Shown here: one piece after another, positions 46,520-56,271 of the stretch | How the letters are laid out: the number at the start of each line of letters is the position of its first letter | How positions within the stretch are numbered: position 1 is the first letter of the stretch | NCBI GenBank assembly: GCA_039818665.1 | Contig: JBCBTJ010000002.1 | Span: 16,195 to 80,194 of the forward strand | DNA from: Pseudomonadota bacterium | GTDB taxonomy: Bacteria; Pseudomonadota; Alphaproteobacteria; Caulobacterales; Hyphomonadaceae | DNA: 64,000 bases | Direction of reading: 5' to 3' | Program-made: the position numbers and the translations under genes | The notes under the pieces: generated by a model | The model's database searches: none | What the model was told of the DNA's origin: nothing | The model's input: only the letters and a program-made list of their open reading frames with translations

Positions 46520-49072
46520 ATGAAAGTCGTCGTTGTCGAGTCCCCCGCCAAGGCCAAGACGATCAACAAATATCTCGGCAAGGACTTTAAAGTTCTCGCC
46601 TCCTACGGACACATCCGCGATCTGCCGTCGAAGGATGGGTCGGTTGATCCGGACAATGATTTCGCGATGAAATGGGAGGCGGATTCGAAGTCCGCCAAGC
46701 GCATCCGCGAGATCGCCGACGCGGTCAAAACCGCTGACAAACTGATTCTTGCGACCGACCCGGACCGCGAAGGCGAGGCGATTTCCTGGCACTTGCTGGA
46801 AGCGTTGAAAAACCGCCGCGCGCTGCGGAAGGATCTTCAGGTCGAACGCGTTGTCTTCAACGCCATCACCAAGCGCGCCGTCACCGACGCGATGGAAAGC
46901 CCGCGCCAGATCGACGGCGAACTCGTCGACGCGTACCTCGCGCGCCGGGCGCTCGACTATCTGGTCGGCTTTTCCCTGTCCCCCGTGCTTTGGCGAAAGC
47001 TACCCGGCTCACGCTCGGCCGGGCGCGTCCAATCCGTCGCGCTGCGCCTCGTCTGCGAACGCGAACTCGAGATCGAGACCTTCATTCCGCAGGAATACTG
47101 GCAGGTCCAAGCCAAGCTCCGCGCGCCGGACGGCTCCGAGTTCGAAGCCCGCCTCGTCGAGCTTGACGGGGACAAGCTCAAGAAATTCTCCCTCGGCGAC
47201 GCCGGCGCCGCCGACAAAGCGCTCGAAGCCGTCAAAGCGGGCGGTTTTTCTGTCGGCTCGGTCGAGGCCAAGCCGGTCAAACGCAATCCACCGCCGCCCT
47301 TCATCACCTCGACGCTGCAGCAAGAGGCCTCCCGTAAGCTTGGCATGGGCGCCAAGCGCGCGATGCAAGCCGCGCAAAAGCTCTACGAAGACGGGCGCAT
47401 CACCTATATGCGGACCGACGGCGTGAACATGGCCGAAGAGGCCTACACAGCCGCGCGCGACCAGATCCAATCCGACTATGGCGCGCGCTATCTGCCGGAG
47501 AAAACCCGCCGCTACTCTTCCAAAGCCAAAAACGCCCAGGAGGCCCATGAGGCCATCCGCCCAACAAGTTTCGCACTGCGGCCGGACGATTTCAAAGCCG
47601 AGCAAGACCTCTGGAAGCTCTACGCGCTGATCTGGCGGCGCGCCGTGGCCTCGCAGATGGAGGCGGCCCAGTTCGAACGCACCACAGTCGAGCTGCCGAG
47701 CAAGGACAAGCGCGCCGTATTGCGGGCCACAGGCCAAGTCGTCGTCTTCGACGGCTTCATCAAGCTTTACACCGAAGGCCGCGACGAGCCGTCCGAAGAG
47801 GACGACGAAGGCCGCCTGCCAAAACTGAACCAGGGCGACCACGCCGACCTGATCGAAGCGACGAACAGCCAGCACTTCACCGAACCGCCGCCGCGCTTCA
47901 CAGAAGCGACGCTCGTGAAAAAGCTCGAAGAGCTCGGCATCGGCCGGCCGTCCACCTACGCCTCGACCCTCGCGACGCTGGAAGACCGCGAATATGTGCG
48001 GATCGAAAAAAGCCGCCTGATCCCCGAGGACAAAGGCCGCCTCGTCACCGCCTTCCTGGAGAACTTCTTCCAACGCTACGTGGAATATGATTTCACCGCG
48101 GATCTGGAAGAAAAGCTCGACATCATCTCCGACGGCAAGCTCGAGTGGAAAGCCTTCCTTCGGGATTTCTGGAAGCAGTTCGAAGCCGCCATCGGCGAGA
48201 CGAAGGATCTGCGCGTCTCCGAGGTTCTGGACGCACTGAATGAAGCGCTCGGCCAGTATGTCTTTCCGTCGAAAACAGCCGATGGCGAAGAGATCGAAAA
48301 TCCTCGGCTCTGCCCGTTGTGCAAGGAAGGCCAGCTCAGTCTGAAGCTCGGCCGGGCCGGCGCCTTTGTCGGCTGTTCGCGCTACCCCGATTGCCGGTTC
48401 ACCCGCGCCTTCTCTGTTAACGGCGACGACGGCAACGCCCTGCCGCCAGAAGGCAAGGAATTGGGGACCGACCCCGAAACCGGCCTTCCCGTCACGCTCC
48501 GCTCCGGCCGGTTTGGACCCTACGTCCAGCTCGGCGAGGCCGAAGACGGCGAGAAACCAAAACGCGGCTCGATCCCCAAAGGCTGGGAGGCGGCGACGCT
48601 GGAGCTTGACCAGGCGCTCCTGTTGCTCTCGCTTCCGCGCGAGGTTGGTACGCACCCCGAAGACGGCGAACCGATCCTCGCCAATATCGGCCGCTACGGG
48701 CCCTATGTGCAGCACTTGAAGACCTATGCGAACCTGCCGGGCGTTTCGGACGTGTTCGAGATCGGTTTGAACCGCGCTGTCACAGTGATCGCCGAGAAAC
48801 GCGCCAATCCTGGCCGCGGCCGCGGGGCGGCGGCCAAGCCTCTGAAAGAGCTGGGGAAACACCCCGACGACGGCGAGTCCGTCAACGTCTTCGAGGGACG
48901 CTACGGACCTTATGTTAAGCACGGCAAAACCAATGCGACGCTGCCCAAAGACGTCGCGCCGGACGCCGTCACCTTAGACCAGGCCGTCGAACTGATCGCC
49001 GCGAAAGCCAAAAAGCCGGCGCGCAAGAAAAAGGCGCCCGCGAAAAAGAAGGCGCCCGCCAAAAAAACATAA
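46520..49072 (+). CDS. topA: DNA topoisomerase I
   Basis: 850 aa. MKVVVVESPAKAKTINKYLG, Toprim DPDREGEAISWH, active-site region ITYMRTDG, C-terminal Zn-ribbon repeats and a Lys-rich tail. Confidence 0.95.
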   Translation: MKVVVVESPAKAKTINKYLGKDFKVLASYGHIRDLPSKDGSVDPDNDFAMKWEADSKSAKRIREIADAVKTADKLILATDPDREGEAISWHLLEALKNRRALRKDLQVERVVFNAITKRAVTDAMESPRQIDGELVDAYLARRALDYLVGFSLSPVLWRKLPGSRSAGRVQSVALRLVCERELEIETFIPQEYWQVQAKLRAPDGSEFEARLVELDGDKLKKFSLGDAGAADKALEAVKAGGFSVGSVEAKPVKRNPPPPFITSTLQQEASRKLGMGAKRAMQAAQKLYEDGRITYMRTDGVNMAEEAYTAARDQIQSDYGARYLPEKTRRYSSKAKNAQEAHEAIRPTSFALRPDDFKAEQDLWKLYALIWRRAVASQMEAAQFERTTVELPSKDKRAVLRATGQVVVFDGFIKLYTEGRDEPSEEDDEGRLPKLNQGDHADLIEATNSQHFTEPPPRFTEATLVKKLEELGIGRPSTYASTLATLEDREYVRIEKSRLIPEDKGRLVTAFLENFFQRYVEYDFTADLEEKLDIISDGKLEWKAFLRDFWKQFEAAIGETKDLRVSEVLDALNEALGQYVFPSKTADGEEIENPRLCPLCKEGQLSLKLGRAGAFVGCSRYPDCRFTRAFSVNGDDGNALPPEGKELGTDPETGLPVTLRSGRFGPYVQLGEAEDGEKPKRGSIPKGWEAATLELDQALLLLSLPREVGTHPEDGEPILANIGRYGPYVQHLKTYANLPGVSDVFEIGLNRAVTVIAEKRANPGRGRGAAAKPLKELGKHPDDGESVNVFEGRYGPYVKHGKTNATLPKDVAPDAVTLDQAVELIAAKAKKPARKKKAPAKKKAPAKKT

Positions 49073-49178
49073 CGCTGGCGCCAAATGTCGACGGATCGCG
49101 CGGCGCCTATCTGAAAATTCAGCGCATGCGTGAATGTGCGGCCTGGCGAACACTGCGTCTTCGGCTATATCGCGCCCT

Positions 49179-49910
49179 ATGAGAGAGATCCCACGCTTTA
49201 CACCCGTCGCCTGTCTCGCCTTCGCTGCAACGCCAGCCTCGGCCCAGAGCCTGAGCGGCGTCTTCAGCCCGGACGTGCGGCCCGGCAGCAAGGCCGCCGA
49301 ATACCGCATGGCCTTCACCCCGTCCGACGACGGCGATCCGGACGCCTTCGCCGCCCGCCTCCATTACCAGCAATCGGTGACCGATAATCTGCGCCTGCGC
49401 GGCATTGTGGTTGGCGAAGAGAACGATGACGGCGCCTTCGCCTTCGACTCGGTTCAATTCGAGGCCCAATGGCAATTCCGCGAGGATGACATTCACGGCT
49501 ACGACAGCGCCCTGCGTTTCGATTTCGAGGTCGGCGCCCGCGGCGTGCCGCATGAGGTCAATCTCAACTGGACCAACCAGATCTTCCTGGGCGGGCCCTG
49601 GTTTCTGCGCGCCATTGCAACCGCAGATGTCGAGTATGGCGACGACTCCGATCCCGGCGTCGAGTTCGGTACGCGTTTCGGCCTCAACCGACGTCTCGGC
49701 GGCGGCTACCGCGCCGAGATTCAGATGTTTAACAGCTACGGATCCACCGCCGACTTTCCAGGCTTCGACGACCAGCGCCACGTCGTCGGCCCGGCCATCA
49801 CAGGCCCGATCGGCGACAGCCCCTGGAGCTTCCAAGCGAGCACTCTGTTCGGCTTCTCCGAAGCCGCCGCGGACCTCGACGCACGGCTGTTCATCATTCG
49901 CAGCTTTTAG
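49179..49910 (+). CDS. hypothetical outer-membrane beta-barrel-like protein
   Basis: Internal ATG at 49179 (MREIPRFTPVACLAFAATPASA signal peptide). Alternating-hydrophobicity strands and a C-terminal ...LFIIRSF ending in Phe. Confidence 0.45.
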   Translation: MREIPRFTPVACLAFAATPASAQSLSGVFSPDVRPGSKAAEYRMAFTPSDDGDPDAFAARLHYQQSVTDNLRLRGIVVGEENDDGAFAFDSVQFEAQWQFREDDIHGYDSALRFDFEVGARGVPHEVNLNWTNQIFLGGPWFLRAIATADVEYGDDSDPGVEFGTRFGLNRRLGGGYRAEIQMFNSYGSTADFPGFDDQRHVVGPAITGPIGDSPWSFQASTLFGFSEAAADLDARLFIIRSF

Positions 49911-49962
49911 ATCGATGCGTCTTTAGAAGCCGCGCGCCGCAGAATCCCCTATATGGGCGGGA

Positions 49963-52179
49963 ATGCCTGAACTCACCCGACAGACCGTCCTCGATTTCCT
50001 CGCCGCCAATCCGGAGGCCGGGACGAAGCGCGACATCGCCAAAGGCCTCGGCGTCAAAGGCGAAGCGCGCCGGGAGCTGCGCGAGATCCTGCAATCCCTG
50101 GAACAGGACGGAACGCTGGAACGCACCGGCAAGCGCGCCTGGGCGTCGGCCGATCGCCCGCCGCCAACGGGGATCATCGCTTTCGAACGGATCGACGAGA
50201 ACGGCGACCTGATCGGGCGCGCCGTGGGCCGGGCCGGCCCCTTCGGTCCGGAAATCCGCTACGCCGGGCGCGCCTCCAAGCGCGGCCGCGGGCGCGAGCC
50301 CGGCGTCGGCGACCGCGCGCTTTGCCATGTGGACGAGACCCGCGACGGCTTCGCGGCCCGCATGATCAAGCTCATGGAGAAGCGCGCCGGCGAGGCCCTG
50401 ATCGGCCTCTATGAGCGTACGCACCGGGCCGGGCGCGTCACGTCGGCGGACAAAAAGGACAAGCGCGAGTTTCTGATCGAGGAGGCCGACCGCAACAACG
50501 CGGAGGATGGCGACCTCGTCCGCGCCGAACCTCTGCGCAGCGCCCATCGCCACCCGCGCGGCCCGCGTTTCGGCGTGATTAAGGAGGTGATCGGCAAGGC
50601 CGGCGATCCCCGCGCGGCGAGCCTTCTGTCCATCCACGCCCAGGGCATCCCGACAGAGTTTCCGGACGAGGCGCTGAAGCAGGCTGAGGCCGCCGAAGCG
50701 ACCGAGGCGCCGCGCGAGGATCTGCGCCAGGTTCCCCTCATCACCATCGACCCGGCCGACGCCCGCGACCATGACGACGCCGTCTTCGCCGAACAGCTCG
50801 AAGACGGCTGGCGCGTGATCGTCGCCATCGCCGATGTCTCGGCCCATGTGCCGGAAGGGTCCGCGCTCGACCAAGAGGCGCTGAAGCGCGGCAACTCAAC
50901 CTACCTGCCCGACCGGGTGGTGCCGATGCTGCCCGAAGCGCTTTCGGCCGACGCCTGCTCGCTCCGCGAGGGGGAAGACCGCGCCTGTCTCGCCGTCGAG
51001 ATGATCTTCGACGTCTCAGGAACGAAGCGCAGCCACCGCTTCATGCGCGGCCTGATGCGCTCTGCCGCCAAGCTCTCCTATGAGGAGGCGCAGACCGCGG
51101 TGGACGGCAAGCCGGGCGAGAAAGCCGGTCCGCTGCTGGAGACGGTGCTGCAGCCGCTCTGGGGCGCCTATGCCGCGCTCACCAAGGCCCGGGTCAAGCG
51201 GGGACCTCTAGAGCTGGAGCTGCCGGAAAAGCGGGTCCACTTCCACGATGACGGGACCGTCGCGGGCATCCGCGTGCGCGAGCGGTTCGACGCGCACAAA
51301 CTGATCGAAGAGATGATGATCCAAGCCAATGTCGCCGCCGCCGAAACCCTGGGGAAGGCGCGCCAGCCTCTGCTCTACCGGGTCCACGACCAACCCTCGG
51401 ACGCTAAGATCGCCGCGCTGGCCGATTTCCTGGGCACGCTCAACATCAAATGGCCGAAGGGCCAGAAGCCGGAGCCCCGCCGCTTCAACAAGCTGCTCGC
51501 CGACACGGGCGCGGACGGCGAGCATTCGGTCATGATCTCAGAAATGGTGCTGCGCACCCAGGCCCAGGCGATCTACGCGCCGGAGAATCTCGGCCATTTC
51601 GGCCTCAATCTCCGCCGCTACGCCCATTTCACCTCGCCGATCCGGCGCTATGCCGACCTCGTCGTCCACCGTGCGCTTATCCGCGCCGAAAAACTCGGCC
51701 CCGACGGCCTGTCGGACGAACTCGCCGTGCGCCTCGAAGAAGTGGCCGAGCATCTGGTCATGACCGAGCGGCGCTCCATGGCGGCCGAGCGAGACGCGGT
51801 GGACCGCTATCTCGCCCTTTATCTCGCAGATCGCGTCGGCGCTGAGTTCGAGGGCCGGATCGCCGGCGTCGCCAAGGCGGGGCTCTTCGTCCGGCTCGCC
51901 GAAACCGGCGCGGACGGGCTCGCGCCCATCTCGGCCCTGTCGGACGAGTATTGGATCCATGACGAGGCGGCCCAATCCCTGGTCGCCACGGGCTCCGGCC
52001 GGCGCTACGATCTCGGCATGGAAGTCTCCGTCCGCCTCAAAGAAGCCGCCCCCGTCACCGGCGGGCTAATCCTCGAAATGCTCACCAAGCCGCGCCCGAA
52101 ACGCGCCGGCGAAAAAGCGCCGACGCGCCATGGAAGCCACCGCCACAAGACCGCCCCGCGGCGGGGGCGGCGGCGATGA
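49963..52179 (+). CDS. rnr: ribonuclease R
   Basis: 738 aa. RNB motifs ITIDPADARDHDDAV and HFGL...YAHFTSPIRRYADLVVHR, an S1 domain and a basic tail. Confidence 0.9.
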   Translation: MPELTRQTVLDFLAANPEAGTKRDIAKGLGVKGEARRELREILQSLEQDGTLERTGKRAWASADRPPPTGIIAFERIDENGDLIGRAVGRAGPFGPEIRYAGRASKRGRGREPGVGDRALCHVDETRDGFAARMIKLMEKRAGEALIGLYERTHRAGRVTSADKKDKREFLIEEADRNNAEDGDLVRAEPLRSAHRHPRGPRFGVIKEVIGKAGDPRAASLLSIHAQGIPTEFPDEALKQAEAAEATEAPREDLRQVPLITIDPADARDHDDAVFAEQLEDGWRVIVAIADVSAHVPEGSALDQEALKRGNSTYLPDRVVPMLPEALSADACSLREGEDRACLAVEMIFDVSGTKRSHRFMRGLMRSAAKLSYEEAQTAVDGKPGEKAGPLLETVLQPLWGAYAALTKARVKRGPLELELPEKRVHFHDDGTVAGIRVRERFDAHKLIEEMMIQANVAAAETLGKARQPLLYRVHDQPSDAKIAALADFLGTLNIKWPKGQKPEPRRFNKLLADTGADGEHSVMISEMVLRTQAQAIYAPENLGHFGLNLRRYAHFTSPIRRYADLVVHRALIRAEKLGPDGLSDELAVRLEEVAEHLVMTERRSMAAERDAVDRYLALYLADRVGAEFEGRIAGVAKAGLFVRLAETGADGLAPISALSDEYWIHDEAAQSLVATGSGRRYDLGMEVSVRLKEAAPVTGGLILEMLTKPRPKRAGEKAPTRHGSHRHKTAPRRGRRR

Positions 52180-52901
52180 ACAAGATGCTGAACGATCCCT
52201 TCGACAAGGAAGAGGACGACGATGTCGTCGTCACAGACCAGCCAAGCCCCCGGCCGAAGGACGCGGCGACCATCATTCTGATCCGAACCGATACGGGCGC
52301 GCCCACCGTGCTGATGGGCAAACGCTCGGGCCGGCACGATTTCATGCCGGACAAATACGTTTTCCCCGGCGGGCGGGTGGACCCCCAAGACGGGCGCGTC
52401 CCCTCACTCACCGAACTACACCCGCGGTCCGAAGAGAAGCTGCGCATCGGCGCGCGCCGCCAGCCGCGCGCCTTCGCCCTTACCGCCGTGCGGGAATTGT
52501 TTGAGGAGACCGGCCTCATCGCCGGCAAGCCCGCCGAGATGCCGGTTCGAGCCTCGCCCGGCTGGGAGCGGTTCCACGACATGGACGTCGCCCCCTGCCT
52601 CCACGGCCTGCGCTTTATCGGCCGGGCGGTGACCCCGCCCTACCGTCCGAAGCGCTTCGACGCGCGGTTCTTCATGGCGCTCGCCGACGAGGCTCTGATC
52701 GACGATCGACCGCCGGCCGACGGCCACGAATTGCACGACCTGCAATGGGTCACCCTGGACGACGCCATGGCCCTCGACCTGCCCTCGGTCACCCGCTTCA
52801 TGCTCGGCGAGATCGGCGAGCGGCTGAAGCGCCCAAGCGACCAGCCCGACCCGCCCTTCCTGCGCTGGACCCAACGCGGGCACAAGATGGACCGGCTCTA
52901 G
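52176..52901 (+). CDS. NUDIX hydrolase
   Basis: 241 aa. FPGGRVDPQDG...AVRELFEETGL Nudix box. 4-nt overlap with rnr. Confidence 0.75.
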   Translation: MNKMLNDPFDKEEDDDVVVTDQPSPRPKDAATIILIRTDTGAPTVLMGKRSGRHDFMPDKYVFPGGRVDPQDGRVPSLTELHPRSEEKLRIGARRQPRAFALTAVRELFEETGLIAGKPAEMPVRASPGWERFHDMDVAPCLHGLRFIGRAVTPPYRPKRFDARFFMALADEALIDDRPPADGHELHDLQWVTLDDAMALDLPSVTRFMLGEIGERLKRPSDQPDPPFLRWTQRGHKMDRL

Positions 52902-52955
52902 GCCAAAAAGGCTTGAACGGATGGGGCCCGGCTGGGTGCGCGTCGAGGCGCGCTG

Positions 52956-53648
52956 CTAGCCGCCCGCCACGTCCTCGCCGAACCGGGCGAGCGCGGCGTT
53001 GAGCGTGTCGAAATCGTGGTGGACCTCATGAGCGCCCGCGGCGTCCAACTCATGCGGCGCGCCGAAGCCCCAGCTGACGCCGAAGGCGCTCGCGCCGGCG
53101 GCGCGGCTCATCTGCATGTCATGCACGGCGTCGCCGATGACGACCGTGCCCGCCGCCGCCGCGCCAACAGCCTTCATCGCTTGTTCTACCATGAACGGAT
53201 GCGGCTTGCCCGGCCCGTCGTCGGCGCACCAGATCGTGTCGAACAGCGGCTCCATCGGATGGCGCTCGAACACCGCGCGAATGCCGCGATGCGACTTGCC
53301 CGTCGCCATGGCGATCAGCCAACCCGCCTCGGCGAGCCCCTGCAGCGCCTCCAGCGCACCCGCATAGAGCGGCTCTTCAAAATCCGGCGCGGCGCGCTGG
53401 GCGATGAAGGCGTCCTTATAGGCTTCGACCAAGCGCGGCAGCTCCCGCGGATCGAAGCCTTCAGGCGTCAGCCGCCGGCAGGCTTCGTCCAAACTCAGCC
53501 CGACGATCTGGCGCGTCGCGTCATAGGGCGGCGGCGCCAAGTCCAGCGCTTCGAACGCACGCGCCATCGCGCCTTGGATCACCTCCCGCGAGTCGACGAT
53601 CGTGCCGTCCATATCCCAAACGGCGAGCTTCAAGCCTCGCATCGCCAT
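52956..53648 (-). CDS. HAD family hydrolase (phosphoglycolate phosphatase-like)
   Basis: 230 aa. VWDMDGTIVDS (motif I), ATGKS and GDAVHDMQM (motif IV). Confidence 0.8.
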   Translation of the reverse strand: MAMRGLKLAVWDMDGTIVDSREVIQGAMARAFEALDLAPPPYDATRQIVGLSLDEACRRLTPEGFDPRELPRLVEAYKDAFIAQRAAPDFEEPLYAGALEALQGLAEAGWLIAMATGKSHRGIRAVFERHPMEPLFDTIWCADDGPGKPHPFMVEQAMKAVGAAAAGTVVIGDAVHDMQMSRAAGASAFGVSWGFGAPHELDAAGAHEVHHDFDTLNAALARFGEDVAGG

Positions 53649-54635
53649 CTAAAGAAATGGCTCCAGCGGATCGGGGCCCGCCTCGCGCGGGTCGAAACCG
53701 AGCGTCTCGAACGTCTCCGTCATATGCGGCGGCAGGGCCGCTTCGATCAGGATCGGCCCGCCGCGTTTGCGCGGCACAATCAGCGCCCGGGCGTGCAGAT
53801 GCAGGCCCTTGGCGACGCCTTGGGGAACCTCCCGCCGCGTGGCGTATTTCGCATCGCCCAAAATGCTCGTCCCGATCTCCATCATATGGAAGCGCAGCTG
53901 GTGCATGCGCCCGGTCTCAGGCTTCAGCGCCACCCACGCCGCCCGTTGGCCGGCGTTTGCGATCACCGCGTAGTTGGTGATCGCATGCCGCGCGCCCTCA
54001 TCGGTTTGGACCGCCGCCACCATCCGCTCTTTGTCCTCGCCGGGACCGGCGCCCTTGGCCATCCAAGACCGCACCTGGCCGGCGCGCGGATTTGGGACTT
54101 TGACCGTGACGGCCCAATAGACCTTGTCCATATCCCGGCTTCGGAACAGCTCCGTCAGCCGCGCGGCGGCCGCCGGCGTGCGCGCCAGCAAAAGTACGCC
54201 GGACGTGTCGCGGTCCAAGCGATGCACCAGGCGCGGGCGATACTCGCCGGTCTTCAGCGCGTCCAACATCCCGTCCAGATGCCGCGCCGTCTTCGTGCCG
54301 CCCTGCACCGCAAGGCCCGCCGGCTTGTTCAGCGCGATCATCTCCTCGTCTTCGTAGACGACGAGCTCGCGCACAAAGGCGGCGTCCCGCTCTGAAATCT
54401 CGCCGCGCTTCGGCTTTTCGGCCGCCTTTGGCTTCAGCGGCGGAATGCGCACCGATTGGCCGGCCTCCAGCCGTGTGTTCGCCTTCGCCCGCGCGCCGTC
54501 GACGCGGATCTGGCCGGTGCGGAGCATCTTCTCAACCTCGCCCTGGGTGACGCCCGCGAAGCGGCGCTTGAACCACCGGTCGAGCCGCGCGCCGGCTTCG
54601 GCCTCCGGCACAGTGATCGAATAAACCCCGCTCAT
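53649..54635 (-). CDS. RluC/RluD-type 23S rRNA pseudouridine synthase with S4 domain
   Basis: ATG at 54635 (MSGVYSITVPEAEAGARLDRWF...). HRLDRDTSGVLLLA catalytic motif. The long upstream extension in the track overlaps crcB and is rejected. Confidence 0.85.
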   Translation of the reverse strand: MSGVYSITVPEAEAGARLDRWFKRRFAGVTQGEVEKMLRTGQIRVDGARAKANTRLEAGQSVRIPPLKPKAAEKPKRGEISERDAAFVRELVVYEDEEMIALNKPAGLAVQGGTKTARHLDGMLDALKTGEYRPRLVHRLDRDTSGVLLLARTPAAAARLTELFRSRDMDKVYWAVTVKVPNPRAGQVRSWMAKGAGPGEDKERMVAAVQTDEGARHAITNYAVIANAGQRAAWVALKPETGRMHQLRFHMMEIGTSILGDAKYATRREVPQGVAKGLHLHARALIVPRKRGGPILIEAALPPHMTETFETLGFDPREAGPDPLEPFL

Positions 54636-55015
54636 GCGAACACCCGCCGTGCGACCCAAAGGCCGGCGAACAACGCCGCGACCCCGATCGCCAAAGAGCC
54701 GCCCGCGTAGAGCGCGGCTTTTCCATGCTCGCCGGCCCGTAACATCTCGGCGAGTTCCAAGCTGAAGGCCGAGAAGGTCGTAAAGCCGCCGAGCAGCCCG
54801 GTCGCGAAGAACAGGCGCATCTGCTCGCTGGTCCCCGCTTCGCGCGCGATCAACCAGCCGACGAGCACGCCCATCAGCAGGCTGCCGACCATATTCACCG
54901 CGAAGGTCGCGTGCGGCCAGGCGGGCGAGAGGTGGCGCGCCGCGGCCAATCCGACGCCATGGCGCAAGGACGCGCCCAGGCCGCCGCCGATCGCCACAAT
55001 CAGGAATCCGTTCAT
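54632..55015 (-). CDS. crcB: fluoride efflux channel CrcB
   Basis: ATG at 55015 (MNGFLIVAIGGGLGASLRH...GGFTTFSAFS). 4 TM helices, about 127 aa. 4-nt overlap with the downstream pseudouridine synthase start. Confidence 0.85.
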   Translation of the reverse strand: MNGFLIVAIGGGLGASLRHGVGLAAARHLSPAWPHATFAVNMVGSLLMGVLVGWLIAREAGTSEQMRLFFATGLLGGFTTFSAFSLELAEMLRAGEHGKAALYAGGSLAIGVAALFAGLWVARRVFA

Positions 55016-55100
55016 GCGCCTCCCATACGCCCGCGGCGCGGCGACCGCCAGAGTGCGTCGCGGCAACCTTTTTTTTACCGGCGCGTCGCATTTTAGCCGC

Positions 55101-55466
55101 ATGAGTAAACGTCACGTCTTCCTCGCCGCCAGCGTCTGCGTCGCCTATACGGCCTATGCGATGTCGGAAAACGTCGCCTCAGCCGCCGCCCTCAACGCGA
55201 TCGGCTCGCCGGATCTCGAGCTGGTGCGCGGCGACGAGCATGAGTGGGAAGTGGTGCCGATCTCGCCCCGCCCGAACCCCGACCCGCAATCAGGCATGGC
55301 CGCGCCGGCGGGCGGCGAAGGCGTGATGTGGGGCCAGAAGATCTGGTACGAGCTGCCCTATGGCGAACGCGTCTCCTGCGTCGTGCGTTGGGACCAATGG
55401 GAAGCCTGCAGCGGCGGTTGGCGCGTGCGCCCGGCGCAACCCGAATACGCCGCCCCGCAAGCATAA
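55101..55466 (+). CDS. hypothetical secreted protein
   Basis: Internal ATG at 55101. MSKRHVFLAASVCVAYTAYA signal-like N-terminus. No family recognised. Confidence 0.4.
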   Translation: MSKRHVFLAASVCVAYTAYAMSENVASAAALNAIGSPDLELVRGDEHEWEVVPISPRPNPDPQSGMAAPAGGEGVMWGQKIWYELPYGERVSCVVRWDQWEACSGGWRVRPAQPEYAAPQA

Positions 55467-55475
55467 GCGTCCCCT

Positions 55476-56189
55476 CTAACTCAATTTATCGATCAGAGCC
55501 TGCATGTCAGGCGGACTGGCCGCTGCAAGGTCCAGCGCGCCGCCGTCCGGGTGCGGCAAGGCGAGGCGCGCCGCATGCAGCATGAGGCGCGGGGCCGAAA
55601 GCGCGCCCGCGCCGTAAATCGCATCGCCCAGGATCGGGCAGCCAAGATGCGCGAGGTGAACCCGGATTTGGTGCGTCCGCCCGGTTTCCGGGCGCAGCTC
55701 GAACAAAGCCGTATCCTCTGATCGCGCCACGATCCGCCAAGCCGTGCGGGCGCTTTGAGCGCTCTCGGCGTCAGAGACGGTCATCACCTCCCGGCCGCCG
55801 CGGTCTGATCGCACGCGCTTCATCGCCTGATCGACCACGCCGGCCTCGCGGTCCGGCAAGCTCCCGCGCGCGAGCGCCAGATAGGTCTTCTCCGCCCGCC
55901 TCTCAGCGAAACTCGCCGACAGCGACGCCGCCGCCGGCTGGGTGCGCGCCGCCACGATCACGCCGGATGTCCCCGCATCCAAACGGTGCACCAGACGCGG
56001 GCGCTTGCCGTTCGACTTGGCGAACGCCCAGAGCAGGAAGTCCAATGTCGGGCCGCGCCCGCCGCGCGTCTGCACCGCCAAGCCCGACGGCTTGTTGAAC
56101 CCCAGCACCGCGGCGTCCTCGTGAATGAGCAGCGACCGCGCAAAGGCGGCGTCCTCCGGCTTGATGTTCGGGATCGGACGGTTGCGCAT
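55476..56189 (-). CDS. RluA family pseudouridine synthase
   Basis: ATG at 56189 (MRNRPIPNIKPEDAAF...VLGFNKPSGLAVQ...HRLDAGTSGVIVAA). Longer track forms would overlap rarA. Confidence 0.8.
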   Translation of the reverse strand: MRNRPIPNIKPEDAAFARSLLIHEDAAVLGFNKPSGLAVQTRGGRGPTLDFLLWAFAKSNGKRPRLVHRLDAGTSGVIVAARTQPAAASLSASFAERRAEKTYLALARGSLPDREAGVVDQAMKRVRSDRGGREVMTVSDAESAQSARTAWRIVARSEDTALFELRPETGRTHQIRVHLAHLGCPILGDAIYGAGALSAPRLMLHAARLALPHPDGGALDLAAASPPDMQALIDKLS

Positions 56190-56271
56190 CGCGCGGGCAT
56201 AACCCTCGCCCCGATCCACGTCGAGGCGCAGAACCAATTCATAGCACGGCCCCCGAAGCGGCCTTGCAGGT

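Noticed and set aside
47009-48922. 637-aa ORF on the - strand
   Set aside because: It is entirely antisense to topA, whose identity is unambiguous. The composition is low-complexity Arg/Gly/Ala/Phe. Shadow ORF.
55016-55100. Looked for a fluoride (crcB-motif) riboswitch upstream of crcB
   Set aside because: The minus-strand leader lacks the conserved GGnGATGG ... AACCGCC ... CTGATGA blocks, so no riboswitch is called.
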